Below are positions 13,697 to 25,799 of a stretch of 64,000 nucleotides of DNA, in pieces. The translations under genes were made by a program, and so were the position numbers. The notes under the pieces were generated by a model. That model did not search any database. It was not told the DNA's origin and saw only the letters and a program-made list of their open reading frames with translations. Within the stretch, counting starts at the first letter, position 1. The number at the start of each line of letters is the position of its first letter. Source of the DNA: Strigamia acuminata (taxonomy: Eukaryota); contig OX442314.1 of the NCBI GenBank assembly GCA_949358305.1, positions 24,366,001 to 24,430,000 of the forward strand, written 5' to 3'.

Positions 13697-13767
13697 AAAT
13701 AAATTATTTTTGAAGCATATGATTTGGTCATTCACCATCAGCACCTGCAAGCGGTTTAATTTTTTAG

Positions 13768-14073
13768 TTGTTAGTACAAAACCAAGAAATCAATGTTGAT
13801 GGTCAACGATGTGAAGATGTGATCCTCTGCCCAAACAGACCGGTCACTACTCAATGCCCGTACGATTACATCAACGTTTACGACGGTCTGAGTGAACGCA
13901 GTCCCTTGATTGGATCCTTCTGTGGACGCGGCAAACTGCCTTACGCCATCACGGGTTCCGGTCGACATCTGCTGCTAGTGTTCGTCAGTTCCCCGGCGGG
14001 TCCTTTGCTCAACACGGGCTTCCATTTCACGGCGGGGCCCTTTGCCAAATGGGCCGGCCACGGAGCTACTAAA
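13768..14073 (+). CDS. Internal exon of CUB/LDLa/TM gene (second half of CUB domain 2)
   Basis: Acceptor ttttttag|TTG and donor AAA|gtaagt; 306 nt, phase 0/0. Encodes CPYDYINVYDG...IGSFCG...LLLVFVSSPAG...GFHF, a classic CUB pattern. Confidence 0.92.
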
Positions 14074-14203
14074 GTAAGTGGTCATTTCCTCTTTTACGAC
14101 TCGGGTTTGATGTCGAGAGGCACCCGCCATAAAAGGCACGAGCGGCTTTGTTGTGCACTTTGTAACGTACAAGTCAGCCCTTTTATTTTTCTATATAAAT
14201 CAG

Positions 14204-15757
14204 GTAAACGACAGTTGCGACGCCATTTTTCACCGAGATTCCAACATCCCACCTGAACAACGCCGGTTTTACTCCCTCACAACTTGGTACCAACCGAGAA
14301 CCACATGCAGTTTCACCATGTGGGCCTGGCACAACGAAATCATCCGTATAGATTTCCGCAGTTTCCGCGTGCGGCGCCCCGACTCCGCCATCTTGGACGA
14401 CAAAGGCTGCGTGGAGACGCTCACCGTCTACGACGCCCCGTACGCGGACGAGTCCCGTCTCCTGGCCATGTTTTGCGACTCGTGGTCCCCTCCGTTACCA
14501 TCGAATCAGGATTTCATATCATCGGGCAACGCCATGTTCGTGCAATTCCACAGCGAAGTGGGTTCGTACGCCGGCTCCTCGTTGGAGTACTGGGTACAGT
14601 TTGATTACTTCAACGCCTTCACTCACGGCATCCCCGTGCCCAACACCGAGTGCGACGAAGTCTTTTCCAGTCCTTCCTCGTTGGACGGCGCGTTCTCGTC
14701 GCCCTTAAACAGTCTTTTATTCACCCGCAAAAGCGAACTCGAGTGCTCCTACTCCTTCCTCGCCGATTCGGTTCCCTACGAACAAGTCCTCGTGTCCTTC
14801 GACTCCATCAACTTCACATCCACCACACAAAGTACCTGTTCCCGCTGCCTCGACGACCCCGTCGACAAAATCATCATCCGGGACGCCGACGGAAGCGAGC
14901 TCGAATGCATATGCGGCATCAAAATGCGCTCGGAACACGCGAGCGGACGCGTCCGAATCCTCTCGACCGGGCCCTCCCTGCAAGTGAAACTACACGTGAA
15001 ACGCGAGCCGCCCCGTTCCCACGGCAGCCTCCTGTTTAAGGGCAGTTACGAGTTCCTTCACGGACCGAAATGCGGCCCGACCGTGCTGGATGCTCGTCAG
15101 CAAGGAGAGCTGGTTTTCCCCTTTCGCAACGACCCTTTGTCCGACAGTTTGGACTACGAGCCGTCGCGGGTGCACTGCATTTGGTCGCTGCTCGTGCATC
15201 CCTCCCGAAGCGTTTTCCTGCGCTTCGAGTCTGTTTATTTGTCGGATGATTGCGGCACCGAGCGAATCGAGGTCAAAATACCCTCGGAGCGTCACCAATA
15301 TGTGGACGGAAATTTTGTTATGGTGTGCGGGGGAGGGTCGCCACCCGAAGAGCTTCCGGTGATCTCGGCTTCATCGCTGCGAGCGGGTCGTGCGTTGGTC
15401 GAGTTCCGGTCGGAAGATGCGTCGCATGCGGCCTCCTTCCGGTTGGTGTGGACCGAATTCATCCAGATGGAGCAGGCAGCTCGTACGGGAGAAATGCCCT
15501 CTTCGGACGACTGCTCTTTTGTTTGCGGCGGTTCCAACGCATGCATCCCGCACGAACTCGTGTGCAATGGTGTAAGAAACTGCCCATCGGCGTCGACGAC
15601 CAGCGACGAGGATTCGTATTTGTGCCAAAAAGACAAGGACCACATCAACTATCTCGCGATTGGACTCGGAGCGAGCGGTGGCGGCGTTTTAGCAACGTGT
15701 TTAATTTTAATTTTTCAAAAATGCTGTCGGAAACACGCCGATACGGACCCCGGGTGA
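14204..15757 (+). CDS. Terminal coding exon: three CUB domains, LDL-receptor class A repeat, transmembrane helix, short cytoplasmic tail
   Basis: Acceptor aaatcag|GTA in frame with ORF 14153..15757. CUB repeats start at CDAIF, CDEVF and CGPTV; LDLa CSFVCGGSNACIPHELVCNGVRNCP...DED..C; TM YLAIGLGASGGGVLATCLILIF; tail QKCCRKHADTDPG*. GC-rich compared with flanks. Confidence 0.95.
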   Translation, partial: VNDSCDAIFHRDSNIPPEQRRFYSLTTWYQPRTTCSFTMWAWHNEIIRIDFRSFRVRRPDSAILDDKGCVETLTVYDAPYADESRLLAMFCDSWSPPLPSNQDFISSGNAMFVQFHSEVGSYAGSSLEYWVQFDYFNAFTHGIPVPNTECDEVFSSPSSLDGAFSSPLNSLLFTRKSELECSYSFLADSVPYEQVLVSFDSINFTSTTQSTCSRCLDDPVDKIIIRDADGSELECICGIKMRSEHASGRVRILSTGPSLQVKLHVKREPPRSHGSLLFKGSYEFLHGPKCGPTVLDARQQGELVFPFRNDPLSDSLDYEPSRVHCIWSLLVHPSRSVFLRFESVYLSDDCGTERIEVKIPSERHQYVDGNFVMVCGGGSPPEELPVISASSLRAGRALVEFRSEDASHAASFRLVWTEFIQMEQAARTGEMPSSDDCSFVCGGSNACIPHELVCNGVRNCPSASTTSDEDSYLCQKDKDHINYLAIGLGASGGGVLATCLILIFQKCCRKHADTDPG

Positions 15758-16358
15758 TGAGCTCGAGGTTTGGATGACCGATTTTCAATGCTATGCACCG
15801 CAGAGCGGGTTTCAGGAGGGCAACATCCCTCCACTCCCTTCTCAGTCCCAACATCTTCGGGCGGCTCTTCATCTGTCGTCTACAAACTTTTCTATTTCAC
15901 ATATCGATATTTTTGCAACTGCAACTGCACTTTGCCTTTTCTTCTTTATTTTTATTATTATTATTATTTTTTTTTTCTAAGTATACTTTTTCCAATAATT
16001 GAATTTTGTTTTTTTTTTAAAAAAGAAACAAAAAAAAAGAGAAAATGTACTTTGTATTGTCTATTTTTATTTGCTTTGTTTTGATTGTTACAAACTAGTG
16101 TTTTCGCTTTAAGAGTTGTTGCGGTCCAAGTGATGAATTATACAGTTTACACACACACACACCTTTTGAAATTATATAAAGATGAGGCTCACTGGAAATA
16201 CATCATCATTTCCTTTTATGAAGTTGAAAAGAAACGAACCGACACTTAATTTACTTTTATATTTTCCAACATGCATCTCGAGCTGGATGCATTTAAATCA
16301 TTTTTATTTATGTTTGTGTTTTATTTCTTTTTTCTTTTCAGAAAATGAGGAATTTTGA

Positions 16359-16364
16359 ATTAAA
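16359..16364 (+). terminator. Possible polyadenylation signal (ATTAAA) of the CUB gene
   Basis: ATTAAA ~600 nt after the stop, followed by a GT-rich tract (gttgttgttgtttttg). Inference only. Confidence 0.3.
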
Positions 16365-16978
16365 AATTTATATAACTTAATTACAATTGAGTTGTTGTTG
16401 TTTTTGCCGTTGTTGTTGAATCATTTCACAAGTTTTCACAAAAAGAATTTATTTAAAGGTGGTAATTGCATTTTGCACAGCAACGTTGACAAAAAGGAAA
16501 AAAAGAAAAAGAAAGAATTATTGGCTCGAAAGTGAAGAGTCCGTTTCTCATTTTCAATCATCCTTTGTCGCTGGTCGAGTCAAATGGAACGTGTCACTGA
16601 TTACAACCGCCAACTCCAAACAAATAGGTAAACCAAGACGACAACAAAACTCCCAACAAAAGAAGCTGGATCCACAATTAATGAAAAAATATATATAAAA
16701 AAACATTCCAAGTCTTATTTCGTTTTTGTGTATACCCGTAATCAAATTACCAAATTAAAAAATACATTGAATTATATTACAATGTATTGCCATGTATTTT
16801 GAAATGCATTGGGTGTTGCAAGACCTAAATGCGGCCCTGATGAAATACATTATTTAATGTATACAAACAATATCCTTAATTCTGTGAAATATTTTTTTGA
16901 ACCAGAAGGATCTGTAAATCTTTCATCAAAATTTCTAAAATTTAATCAATTCAATAATACTAAAATTACGCGCTACAC

Positions 16979-17318
16979 CAGGGGTCTGCAATTAATTTTA
17001 AGTGGGGTCCGGATACTATTGAAAATTTTTATCGAGGTCCAGAAAAAAAAACACTTAAAAACCTTACTAAAAACCTAAGAAAACGGAAAAAACACTTAAA
17101 AACGTTACTAAAAACCTAAAAAAAAAGGAAAAAACAATTAAAAATCAAATAAACCCCCCAATAAACACACACAACCCAAAAAATACCAATAAAACCTAAA
17201 AAACATGAAAAAAACAAGAAAAAACAAGAAAAAAAAACACCGAAAAACCAAAGAAACCGAGGAAAAAACGTCGCTAAAACGCCACAGGGTCTAAGTTTCA
17301 ACCTATTGCCGACCACTG
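16979..17318. mobile_element. hAT-type MITE with A-rich interior
   Basis: CAGGGGTCTGCAAT ... ATTGCCGACCACTG TIRs; degenerate 8-bp TSD cgctacac/cgctaaaa with central TA. Confidence 0.7.
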
Positions 17319-18690
17319 CGCTAAAACTGTTAAATTTAACTGCAAAAAACATCAAAGTTTACATCAAAACCACCTTAAAAAAAATTCCAAACCCTCAAAA
17401 AAATTCGCTTTTGCCTCCAATAAATTAAAACCCGTAATTACCTAATTAGATTTAATTATTCCAAGTGACATGTCGCATTTTCAAGATCAAGAGATTGCAG
17501 TTTACAAAATTAAAACAAAAAAAAAAAATCACTCAACATTTTTTTATACTCGTACATCGCACTTCTTTGTTCCCTTATTGGTTTTTGTTTTAAGTTTAGG
17601 TTTCTTTTATCTTGTTAAGAGCACCGAGTTTTGCTATCTCTCTTCCGGAAAGGAAGACGCCAACAAAAGTGACACGTTCCCCTACCCGGAAACGGACGAT
17701 AACTGGACTGGGTAAGGTTTTATCAACACGACATGACATCAACTAACTTAGTAAAGATACTCGCGATAAACAAGATTTTTACAGCCAAATAGAAAAAGAA
17801 AAACATTCACGCTCATTAAGTGCAAACTTACGAATTTGTAATTAGAGTTAATTTCTAGAGTCTTCTTCCTGTTGCATTATTTAGTAAATTAAAGCCAAAA
17901 AGGAAAAAAATCTCTAAAGGCTCTAACACTAATTCTAATAAATTTTAACCAGCAAAGAGAGCAAAAGCTGCGTCGAGGGTAACAAGAAAGGGAAACTGAG
18001 CGGGGGTCGCTCGTTAATATATTTGGCAAAGCGAAATAAATTAGAGCAAAACTTAATTTGATTCAACTTACAGATAAGCACAAAATGGGCAAAACCTCAT
18101 AATAAATTCAACAAGATGGAATAATTTTTTGCAATCTACAAGAAATTTAATATTTGTGAAAGCTTTTTTTCTCTCCTTTTCTCTTCTCTTCTTTCCCTCC
18201 GCTGTTTGTCTCCGTTTTTCTTTCCTCCACTCTTGAATTTTCACTCCGTGACTTGAGGTCGTATCACACACATAAATATACAAAAATATGCGATAAATTT
18301 CCACGTTAAACGACCCTTTCTCCTATTTCTAAAAATTAATTATATTCCTCCCTGTGGAGCTTGATTCGCTTTGGCCATTCTACAACGTCAACGACCAACT
18401 CTCGTTTTCTTCCTCTTTTTACAACCGCGGCAAATATTTTGTTGTCGTGGCGCAGACAAGCGCATTGTTCCTGCTTGTAAAAAAGCAAAACTTAAGAAAA
18501 AATAAAAATAAAAATAAAAATCAGTAATCACACGGCATTCTTCCACGGGAAAATATATGTTAATATTATTCAAATTATTTTATATTATTTATTACCTAAA
18601 CTTAAGCTTTTTATTGATCTAAGTTCTAGGAACTGAGAAATTTGTGATGCGAGTGGAATCAGTGCCTATTGTGTGGAATCAAGCAACAAG

Positions 18691-19020
18691 AACGAGATAA
18701 AGAAGAAGATAATCTGCCAATTATACGGAAAACAAAGTGTGAGCTGCTTAAAATTGCCCAAGCTTCGAATTTCACGTATAAACAATATGTTTACAAGGCA
18801 GGAAATGTGTTGTTACAAAACATTACCAAAAAAAAACGAGTGTTTGATATAAGCATCAGTAGAGTGCCTGTCTGGCGATTTAGGCCATCCAAAGGATAGA
18901 CTTTCTTAAGGACCCAACCTAGCATTTACACCAAGAAGTGGAAAACCACAGAAAACCCGGTTGGAGGAGGATGGCAGGTGTTCTTGCCATAAAAACAGGG
19001 CTTAAAATGTAGCGGAAAAT
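18691..19020 (+). pseudogene. Frameshifted remnant of a probably TE-derived ORF with Cys-rich C-terminus
   Basis: Fragments IICQLYGKQSV, YKQYVYK...LP and GRCSCHK-(T)GLK-CSGK lie in different frames. Resemblance to invertebrate TE-like ORFs is from memory, not a search. Confidence 0.3.
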
Positions 19021-19810
19021 ATTCTTTCGGTTCGTGATGATTTTGTAATTGTACAAATAATTTTTTTAAATTTTGAAGTGGCGTTCCAGTTTATGAAATT
19101 AACCATCTCGAGGCAGTAACTCGATCAGACAAGAATGAGAAATAACTGGGATTCTCTAAATTTTGGTATATTTAATGCTACTAAATAGTAGAGTGAATAA
19201 AATATGCATTATATTACAAGTCAACATCTAAAATCCTGGGACAGTTAATGCTGTTTGCGAAAACAAATATTTAATGGCAAAATAATACACAAAATATTTA
19301 TATACCGTAATGAAAAATAATTTTATGTGCAGTTTTTACTTACAACGGATTCAGCGACTACTTCTGTTGACAAACAAAATTTAATACGGAGTCAGAATGC
19401 AATTCGCACAAACAAATCCTGAAATCCAGTCATTTCTTTCTCACACATGTACAGAATTGAAAATCCAATGCTCAGTAGGAATACCACGAATGCAATGGAG
19501 ATTATCAGTATCCCAATAACAAGGACAATTACACCACAAATTGCACAAAAGCTGAGGTGAATTCTAGATCCATTTAATTCTATTTCTCGACTCAAAATTA
19601 ATACTCCGTATTATTTTTTACGAAATTAATTAAGTAAAAAATACCCATTGATACAATTTAAAATTTAAAAAAAAGGATTTAATTTAGTTACTAAATTTCC
19701 TATGGCTACCTTCACATTAACGAGATTAATTGATACGGAAAAAAAAGTTGCCGTTGGAATTTAATCCAAAAACGCTTCAAGGCCCAATCACTAAGGGGTT
19801 TCATAAATTT

Positions 19811-20157
19811 CACACTGAAGGTGCTGAAGTGATTGTTCCAATAATCACAATCACTGCATTATTGAGTACCCACGCCAGGTCCAAGCGATTATTTTGCACG
19901 TCAAACGACTTTTACTTATAATTTTTTTTATTTTATTTTTGTTATTTATTTATTTGTTTTTGTTAAATTAAATTGATTATTTATTTTCATTTATTTAATA
20001 ATTTATAACAAACTCTCTTCAGCACTAACAACTCCTTTTCAGACGATTATACATAAGCGCTGAAGTGCTGAAGCGATTATTCATGTGAATGTGATTGACC
20101 CACACAGGTCACATGATGCAAAATAATCGTCATAATCACTTCAGCGTCTTCAGCGTA
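19811..20157. mobile_element. Degenerate MITE / inverted repeat
   Basis: cactgaaggtgctgaagtgatt ... aatcacttcagcgtcttcagcg, plus cgattattttgca/tgcaaaataatcg. Confidence 0.5.
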
Positions 20158-22107
20158 AAAAAGGATTAAGGAGAGAAGGGAAAGAAAAAAATGTAATTAA
20201 ATCCGGGTAAAAAAGTGCATTTTTCCTTCTTTTTTCGTTCAAGCATTGAAATTTTGGGAATGTGCTATGTGCAGCGTTGTAAACTTTTATTTTTTTTTAT
20301 TCGTTAAAAACCACTCACACCACGTCTCGTCTCGCCCAACTTTTAAAGTAAAACTTCTTAATCAACCAGATTTTTGCTCTTGCCAAAATGATGCGCATTT
20401 AATGACACAGGACAAACCGAAAAGTGCGAGCGCAAATAAACTCGTGTTAAAAACGGCAAAGAAATTTCTGCTCCGTAAAGACATTTCTTAACTCAGTGCA
20501 CCGGGGAATCTCGCAACGAGTTGATTGGAATGTGTCCAAAAAATCAACGGATCAAACAGGAAACCGGTGGGGAGGCCATCTTGGAGATAGAGGTCGGAAA
20601 GAGAGAGGAAACCTTCACATCACACAACGGTTAGGACATAAATTACGATGCTGCACAATCAGCACTATTTCAATAATCGATTTTATTTGCAGTTTCAAGC
20701 GCGGAAATTGTGGATATTCATAACGCTAAATTGCAGCCGCAAGAAAAGATGTTGCGCGAGCTTATTAAGGCGACTTGAAAGGGAAATTAGGACAATTTGG
20801 CAATCTTATTCTTTTTCCCCCTTCCTTTTTTCTTGGTGTCACTCGTTAAAATTGCACGCCGAGATGAATTTAAAATGGCGCAGATGCAACTGACAAGTTG
20901 TTGGCACGTGGCAAAGAAATTGCCTTTCAAATATTAAACCAAACGTCGTTATCTCTTCGTCGCCAAACGTTTTATCCAATGACGTCACGTGCGCGTGCGA
21001 TTTAATAAAGAGATTGCGCGACAACGAACGACCTTTGACGCGCTTCGAAATATTTATTTATTTATACAAGTATTTGCACGACGTCCACCACGCTTCAGCG
21101 TCACGTGTGAAATGCGCCTTAATTGATATGCGACTTGGAAGTACATTAGGAAAGTGTCGAGGGAAAGTAAAAAAAAAAAAAATTGCATTTGCAAATAGGG
21201 AAAACTTATTTCCATTTTGATTGGAATGTGTTAATGTGTTTTAAAGGGGATGGGAGTTAGCAAATCAAAAGAGCAGTTCACTTTTAAAGACCGCAAACAG
21301 AAATAATTATCAAATCATGAGGATTCGTTAGTGCGCACTTAATATGGGCAATAACTGTATTCAAATTTTAATTGTACTGTACCAATGAAACAGCCGTTTT
21401 AATGGTTTTCTTCCAGTTAGTTCGCCAGACGCAAGAAATTGTCTCTTACTGGAATTAAAACGCGACTGTAAAAACGAGGGGGAAATATGGGTGAAGAAAA
21501 TCTAAGTGCTTGAAATTTTATGCTGCAATCAGAGTGATGACAAAAAATGGCGAACAGTAAATTGTTCAAGAACATCACGTCAAATAGACTTCAGCTCTTT
21601 AACTTATCACAAGTTTCTAGAAAGCCCAAAAAGGTTTTTTTTTTCTTTCTTTTTTTCTATTTTCGTTTTTCACAACTCTTGGTCAATAAGTGGATCAATT
21701 GACAGATTTTTCACAATTCAATATTTTATCACTATCGACCATCTTGAGACCATTTCCAAAGTGAAAGCACTTTTCTAAGGGTTTACAATATTGCAAATAA
21801 CCTTTGGAAGTTTTTACGTAGCCAGGAAGCCATCAAATCTGCAATATAAATATACATTTAAGGACATTTTAAATTGATTTCGCCATAAAAAGCAATTGTG
21901 GAGATATTTCTTCATTTAAATTGCTTACAATAATGTAAAAATAAACTTTCCCCATAAACTCAACATTAGTGATATTCTAAAAGTTGTCACAGCACATCAT
22001 CACAAGGACACAGACCGTCTAGTGGGTTCGTGTTCGTCTGACCAAGCCTGCCCATAGAGTTCTGCTACAACGACAATATTTTTTTTTATATTCTCATTCT
22101 ATCAGTT

Positions 22108-22327
22108 GCTGCATTCAAAAATAAAAATACTTGTGTTTTAACAATTTTAGTTTAAGTGTATTTTAAGTTTAAATTTTGAGTATGAGAATTTTAACCATTT
22201 AATAAAGCTGGCAACATGTATTACTTATTTATGACATCATTGGTCACATCATTGGAGTTACAGGTTACGTCATTTTTGTTTTAAAATTGGAGTAAAACAC
22301 AAAATATTTTAATTTTTGAATGCCAGC
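22108..22327. mobile_element. MITE family A, copy 3 (longer interior)
   Basis: gctgcattcaaaaataaaaatacttgtg ... gtaaaacacaaaatattttaatttttgaatgccagc|ta. Fragments also occur inside the large element (~26030-26140, ~28570-28640). Confidence 0.75.
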
Positions 22328-24070
22328 TAGGTTTATAACACTCTAGCAACTAAAACCATACTTTACTATCCGATTCCACTAGGTCTAAATAAAGAATGGA
22401 CAATATTAAATCGGTAACAGCTGTCAACTTTTCTGTAATGCTTACGCATCTTCGCAGCGCCACAAAATACTAAATAATTCCATCTAAGAAGCAAGAGATC
22501 AGACAAAATCAATATATATTTTGGATAGAGCAACTAATTCTCCTTGCAAATAACATCACCATCATTTTTCATTAAAAGTTTTCAAGATCAAGATTACTGA
22601 AACATCAAAAACTTCCATTCCCAAACAGTGCTTTCCAGCAAAGTTCAGGAGCAGCACAAACAAAACCCCATCCTCAATGTCTGATCTTATCTACACAGCC
22701 TTTTTAAACAACAACCTTAAGTGCATTATTAACTTCAAAACCAGAAATCTGATTCCCCAATTTTAGAGCTTCACTGCACTCCACCACACACACAAAATAA
22801 ACTTTCATTCTAAAAAAAAAAAAATACTTTCGCTTCAAAAATGTCGAAATTATCTTCCCTGAATGAATTACAGGTGCCCCATTGAAAAAAATCCCATTTA
22901 AGCAGCCATTTTGTACTTAAAACCCACGTTATCAAACGAAAAACTCCTTATCCCAAGATAAGCACACACATACACACTTAATGTTATTATGTTATTTATC
23001 AGAAGCTGCAATTGTGTCATCATTTATCTCCAAGGGTTATTTCCTGCCGGTAATGAAACGAAATGTAGGTGTCAGCTGTGTAAAAGCGTTAACGATCACT
23101 ATCCATCATGGCACTAATAAAGCCCGATCGCAAGTCTAATTCGATTTAGCGCCTCCTGTTGGTCACATTTGTGTATGTTTCGTCCTAATTAATTAAGGGG
23201 ACACTAAATAGCTTCTTCCCTACCCGAATCCAACTCTGATGTATGGTCAATGCGACCGAACACGATAAACTACCTGCGAAGCTACGGCAATGAAACTACA
23301 CTCATCGAGTCCTCGGCTCGAGGAAAGCCACATTTCCCATGGAATGCAGCCACGGTTCTGCCCCAACCAACTCTCTCTCTCTCCACCTACCACCTCGTAC
23401 CTAAGTTACTAGAACAGCTGCGAGCCACATATCAATAAAAAAGAAAGAAAAGAAGCTGAAGCCACAGGTTCAGACAACGAAAAGCTTTTTTCGTTTGCAA
23501 ACGATTCGGAACAAAAACAACCGCCTGTATATGTGGTCCAACGCTTAAAGTTGGTGGGAGCCATGATAAATTTTATTCAAATTTCAAACGGAATGTGTTT
23601 GACCTATAGACACAGGAAACAGCTGCAATGCGCTTTCACTTCATATTCAGTTTGTGGTTAGAAGCGAATAAAGACTTTAAAACATGTTTTAACTTTTCAA
23701 TTTTGTCACCAGGACATGGTTTAAGTTGACACTAGAGAAGTTAATCTTCATCTCTTGAATTCAATCTCTAAATGTGCGCTTAAAACCCTTGCAAGCCAGT
23801 AATCCAAATCAATAAACTGTTCTACTCTAGGAATTTCAGTCTCTATGTTTTAGTTTTAGATCTTGAAAAGAGGAAATCACTTCTCCTTATAGTAACAATT
23901 TAACTATTTAATGAGCACACGTCAGCCAAGAGTTGTCGCAGACAAAATGGCTGCTGAAGTACTGATCTCATTCATTAGATAAAAAAACAAAATGTACAGG
24001 TTTGTAAGGCAAACTCAGACTGATTTTGGAATTTTCCGAAACCTTTTTCATATCGAAAAAAGCAGTTTAA

Positions 24071-24436
24071 AGATGGAAACCCAAGGGAGCGGGTAAAATT
24101 CCAAAGCTTGCTAGTACAAGTTTAAAGAAAGAGTCATTTACAAGCTCACTTCACCCGCTTCTGGCTACCTAGCTAGCTTTCGGTAGCCAAAATCTACTCC
24201 AAGAATTTCCTCACCATTCTGATTGGCTGTCAAAGTCACATGACCAAAACACCTGCAAGCTTGAAGCTGGTAAATCAAACTCAGTTTGATCGGAAGCAGG
24301 TGAGTACAAGTTTGCTTCAAAACAAAGCTTTGAATAAAAACGTAAGCTTGTGTTTGATCAAGCGAGCGAGTTTTTAGCCGCTTTTTCAAGTAAAAGCAAG
24401 TTTTTAAATTTTACCCGCTCCCTTGTGTTTCCACCT
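24071..24436. mobile_element. MITE with ~30-bp TIRs
   Basis: AGATGGAAACCCAAGGGAGCGGGTAAAATT ... AATTTTACCCGCTCCCTTGTGTTTCCACCT; TSD not resolved. Confidence 0.75.
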
Positions 24437-25799
24437 GACAATTTGGCATCCATTATAGTTTTAGTCGCTACGATAAGCAAGTGAAACGTTCACCTGGCGG
24501 AATCACGATAAACAAACGTTCATTTCCAACGAAAAAATCTGCAACACTTTGCAGTTATATGTGTACATAACCCTTAGCCCAGCCAATCTCGTCTACTCAC
24601 AGTACGGTAGGCTTATTTCTACTCGCCTACTCCTACATTTATTACACCTTTACGATGCTTTAGTCGGAAACTATTTTTTTCTTGTTAGTTAACACAATAA
24701 TTTTATTCCTCCTAGACTTCTGACCCTAGGAAAAATGAATTTCACACAGTGTATTATTCTCTGTTAGTGTGAGCACCGTTAATATTTTATCTTAACCTTA
24801 TGGCGCGCATGCGGATTTCTCGGAGTGCGAAAGGGACCCTATTTTTAACATTACGGCGGCCTATACCTTGACCCCCTGTTCGCAGTCTCATGGCTGATTT
24901 TGCGGATTTCACTTATTTGTATATTCCGCACGATCGCGCGCGTTTTATCAACCTTGGGAAAGCCGCTTTCTCAAATTTGCAAATTCCACATTGTGTGAAC
25001 ATGCTACAACGCTTCTGTGCGCGTCAATAAAAAAAAAACCGATTAGAAATGAAATTCAGGGTTTTGTTAAAATAAAAATTATACAATATAATCAGTCTAT
25101 AATGCTTCTATAATGCTGTTGGTTTAATCAGCACATTGTAATCGTGTGAAAACACGCGCGCTCGCAATAATACATTACCCAATGTACTTGCACTGGCATG
25201 GACCCATCAGTGCGCACTTTCCCGTGCGTGCTGCTTGCACTATTTACATCAATTGTTGCTCCACAGGTTGCGCGACCTGCCGGGCAGTTAAGACGTACTA
25301 GAATAACCTCAGGATTTGATAAAACCTGATTTTTGGATGACACTAAGTAAATGGCAGTGAATGTGAGATGTGAGATACACGATGAATTTAATAAAATTTA
25401 TATTTCCTAATCATGGGATTGGTTTCACGTTTCATAATCCAACAATTAAGTAGAATATCATTATTGCAATTGATTAAAACAAATTTTTTTTACAAATTCT
25501 TTGGTTTTACATTTTAAATTTATTTTCCAATAGTTGGCACCATCGCAATTGCTGCGAGTTTAAAACACTGCATTCAGCAGAATTTACTGCACTTTCAAAT
25601 CAAGGCCAGGCATACCTACTGCAAAGTAATGTATAAACCATAAAGAAGCCTTTGATTCGGAATTGCCTGTAGGTAATTCTGCGCTGGTCTCCAATGGAAA
25701 TGTCCGCGCCGGTCTTCCGTGCACGGGAAGTCCACAGAAAGTCCGTGCATTCCGTGCGCTGGGAGTCCGTGCGTCGTACCGCGTGATCTTGCATTGTTT

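Noticed and set aside
14284..15872. Overlapping alternative-frame and antisense ORFs in the large exon
   Set aside because: Expected by-products of a GC-rich coding exon; no recognisable motifs.
17619..17711. Possible isolated exon (…SDTFPYPETDDNWTG|gtaagg)
   Set aside because: Plausible donor site, but no partner exons or convincing homology; insufficient support.
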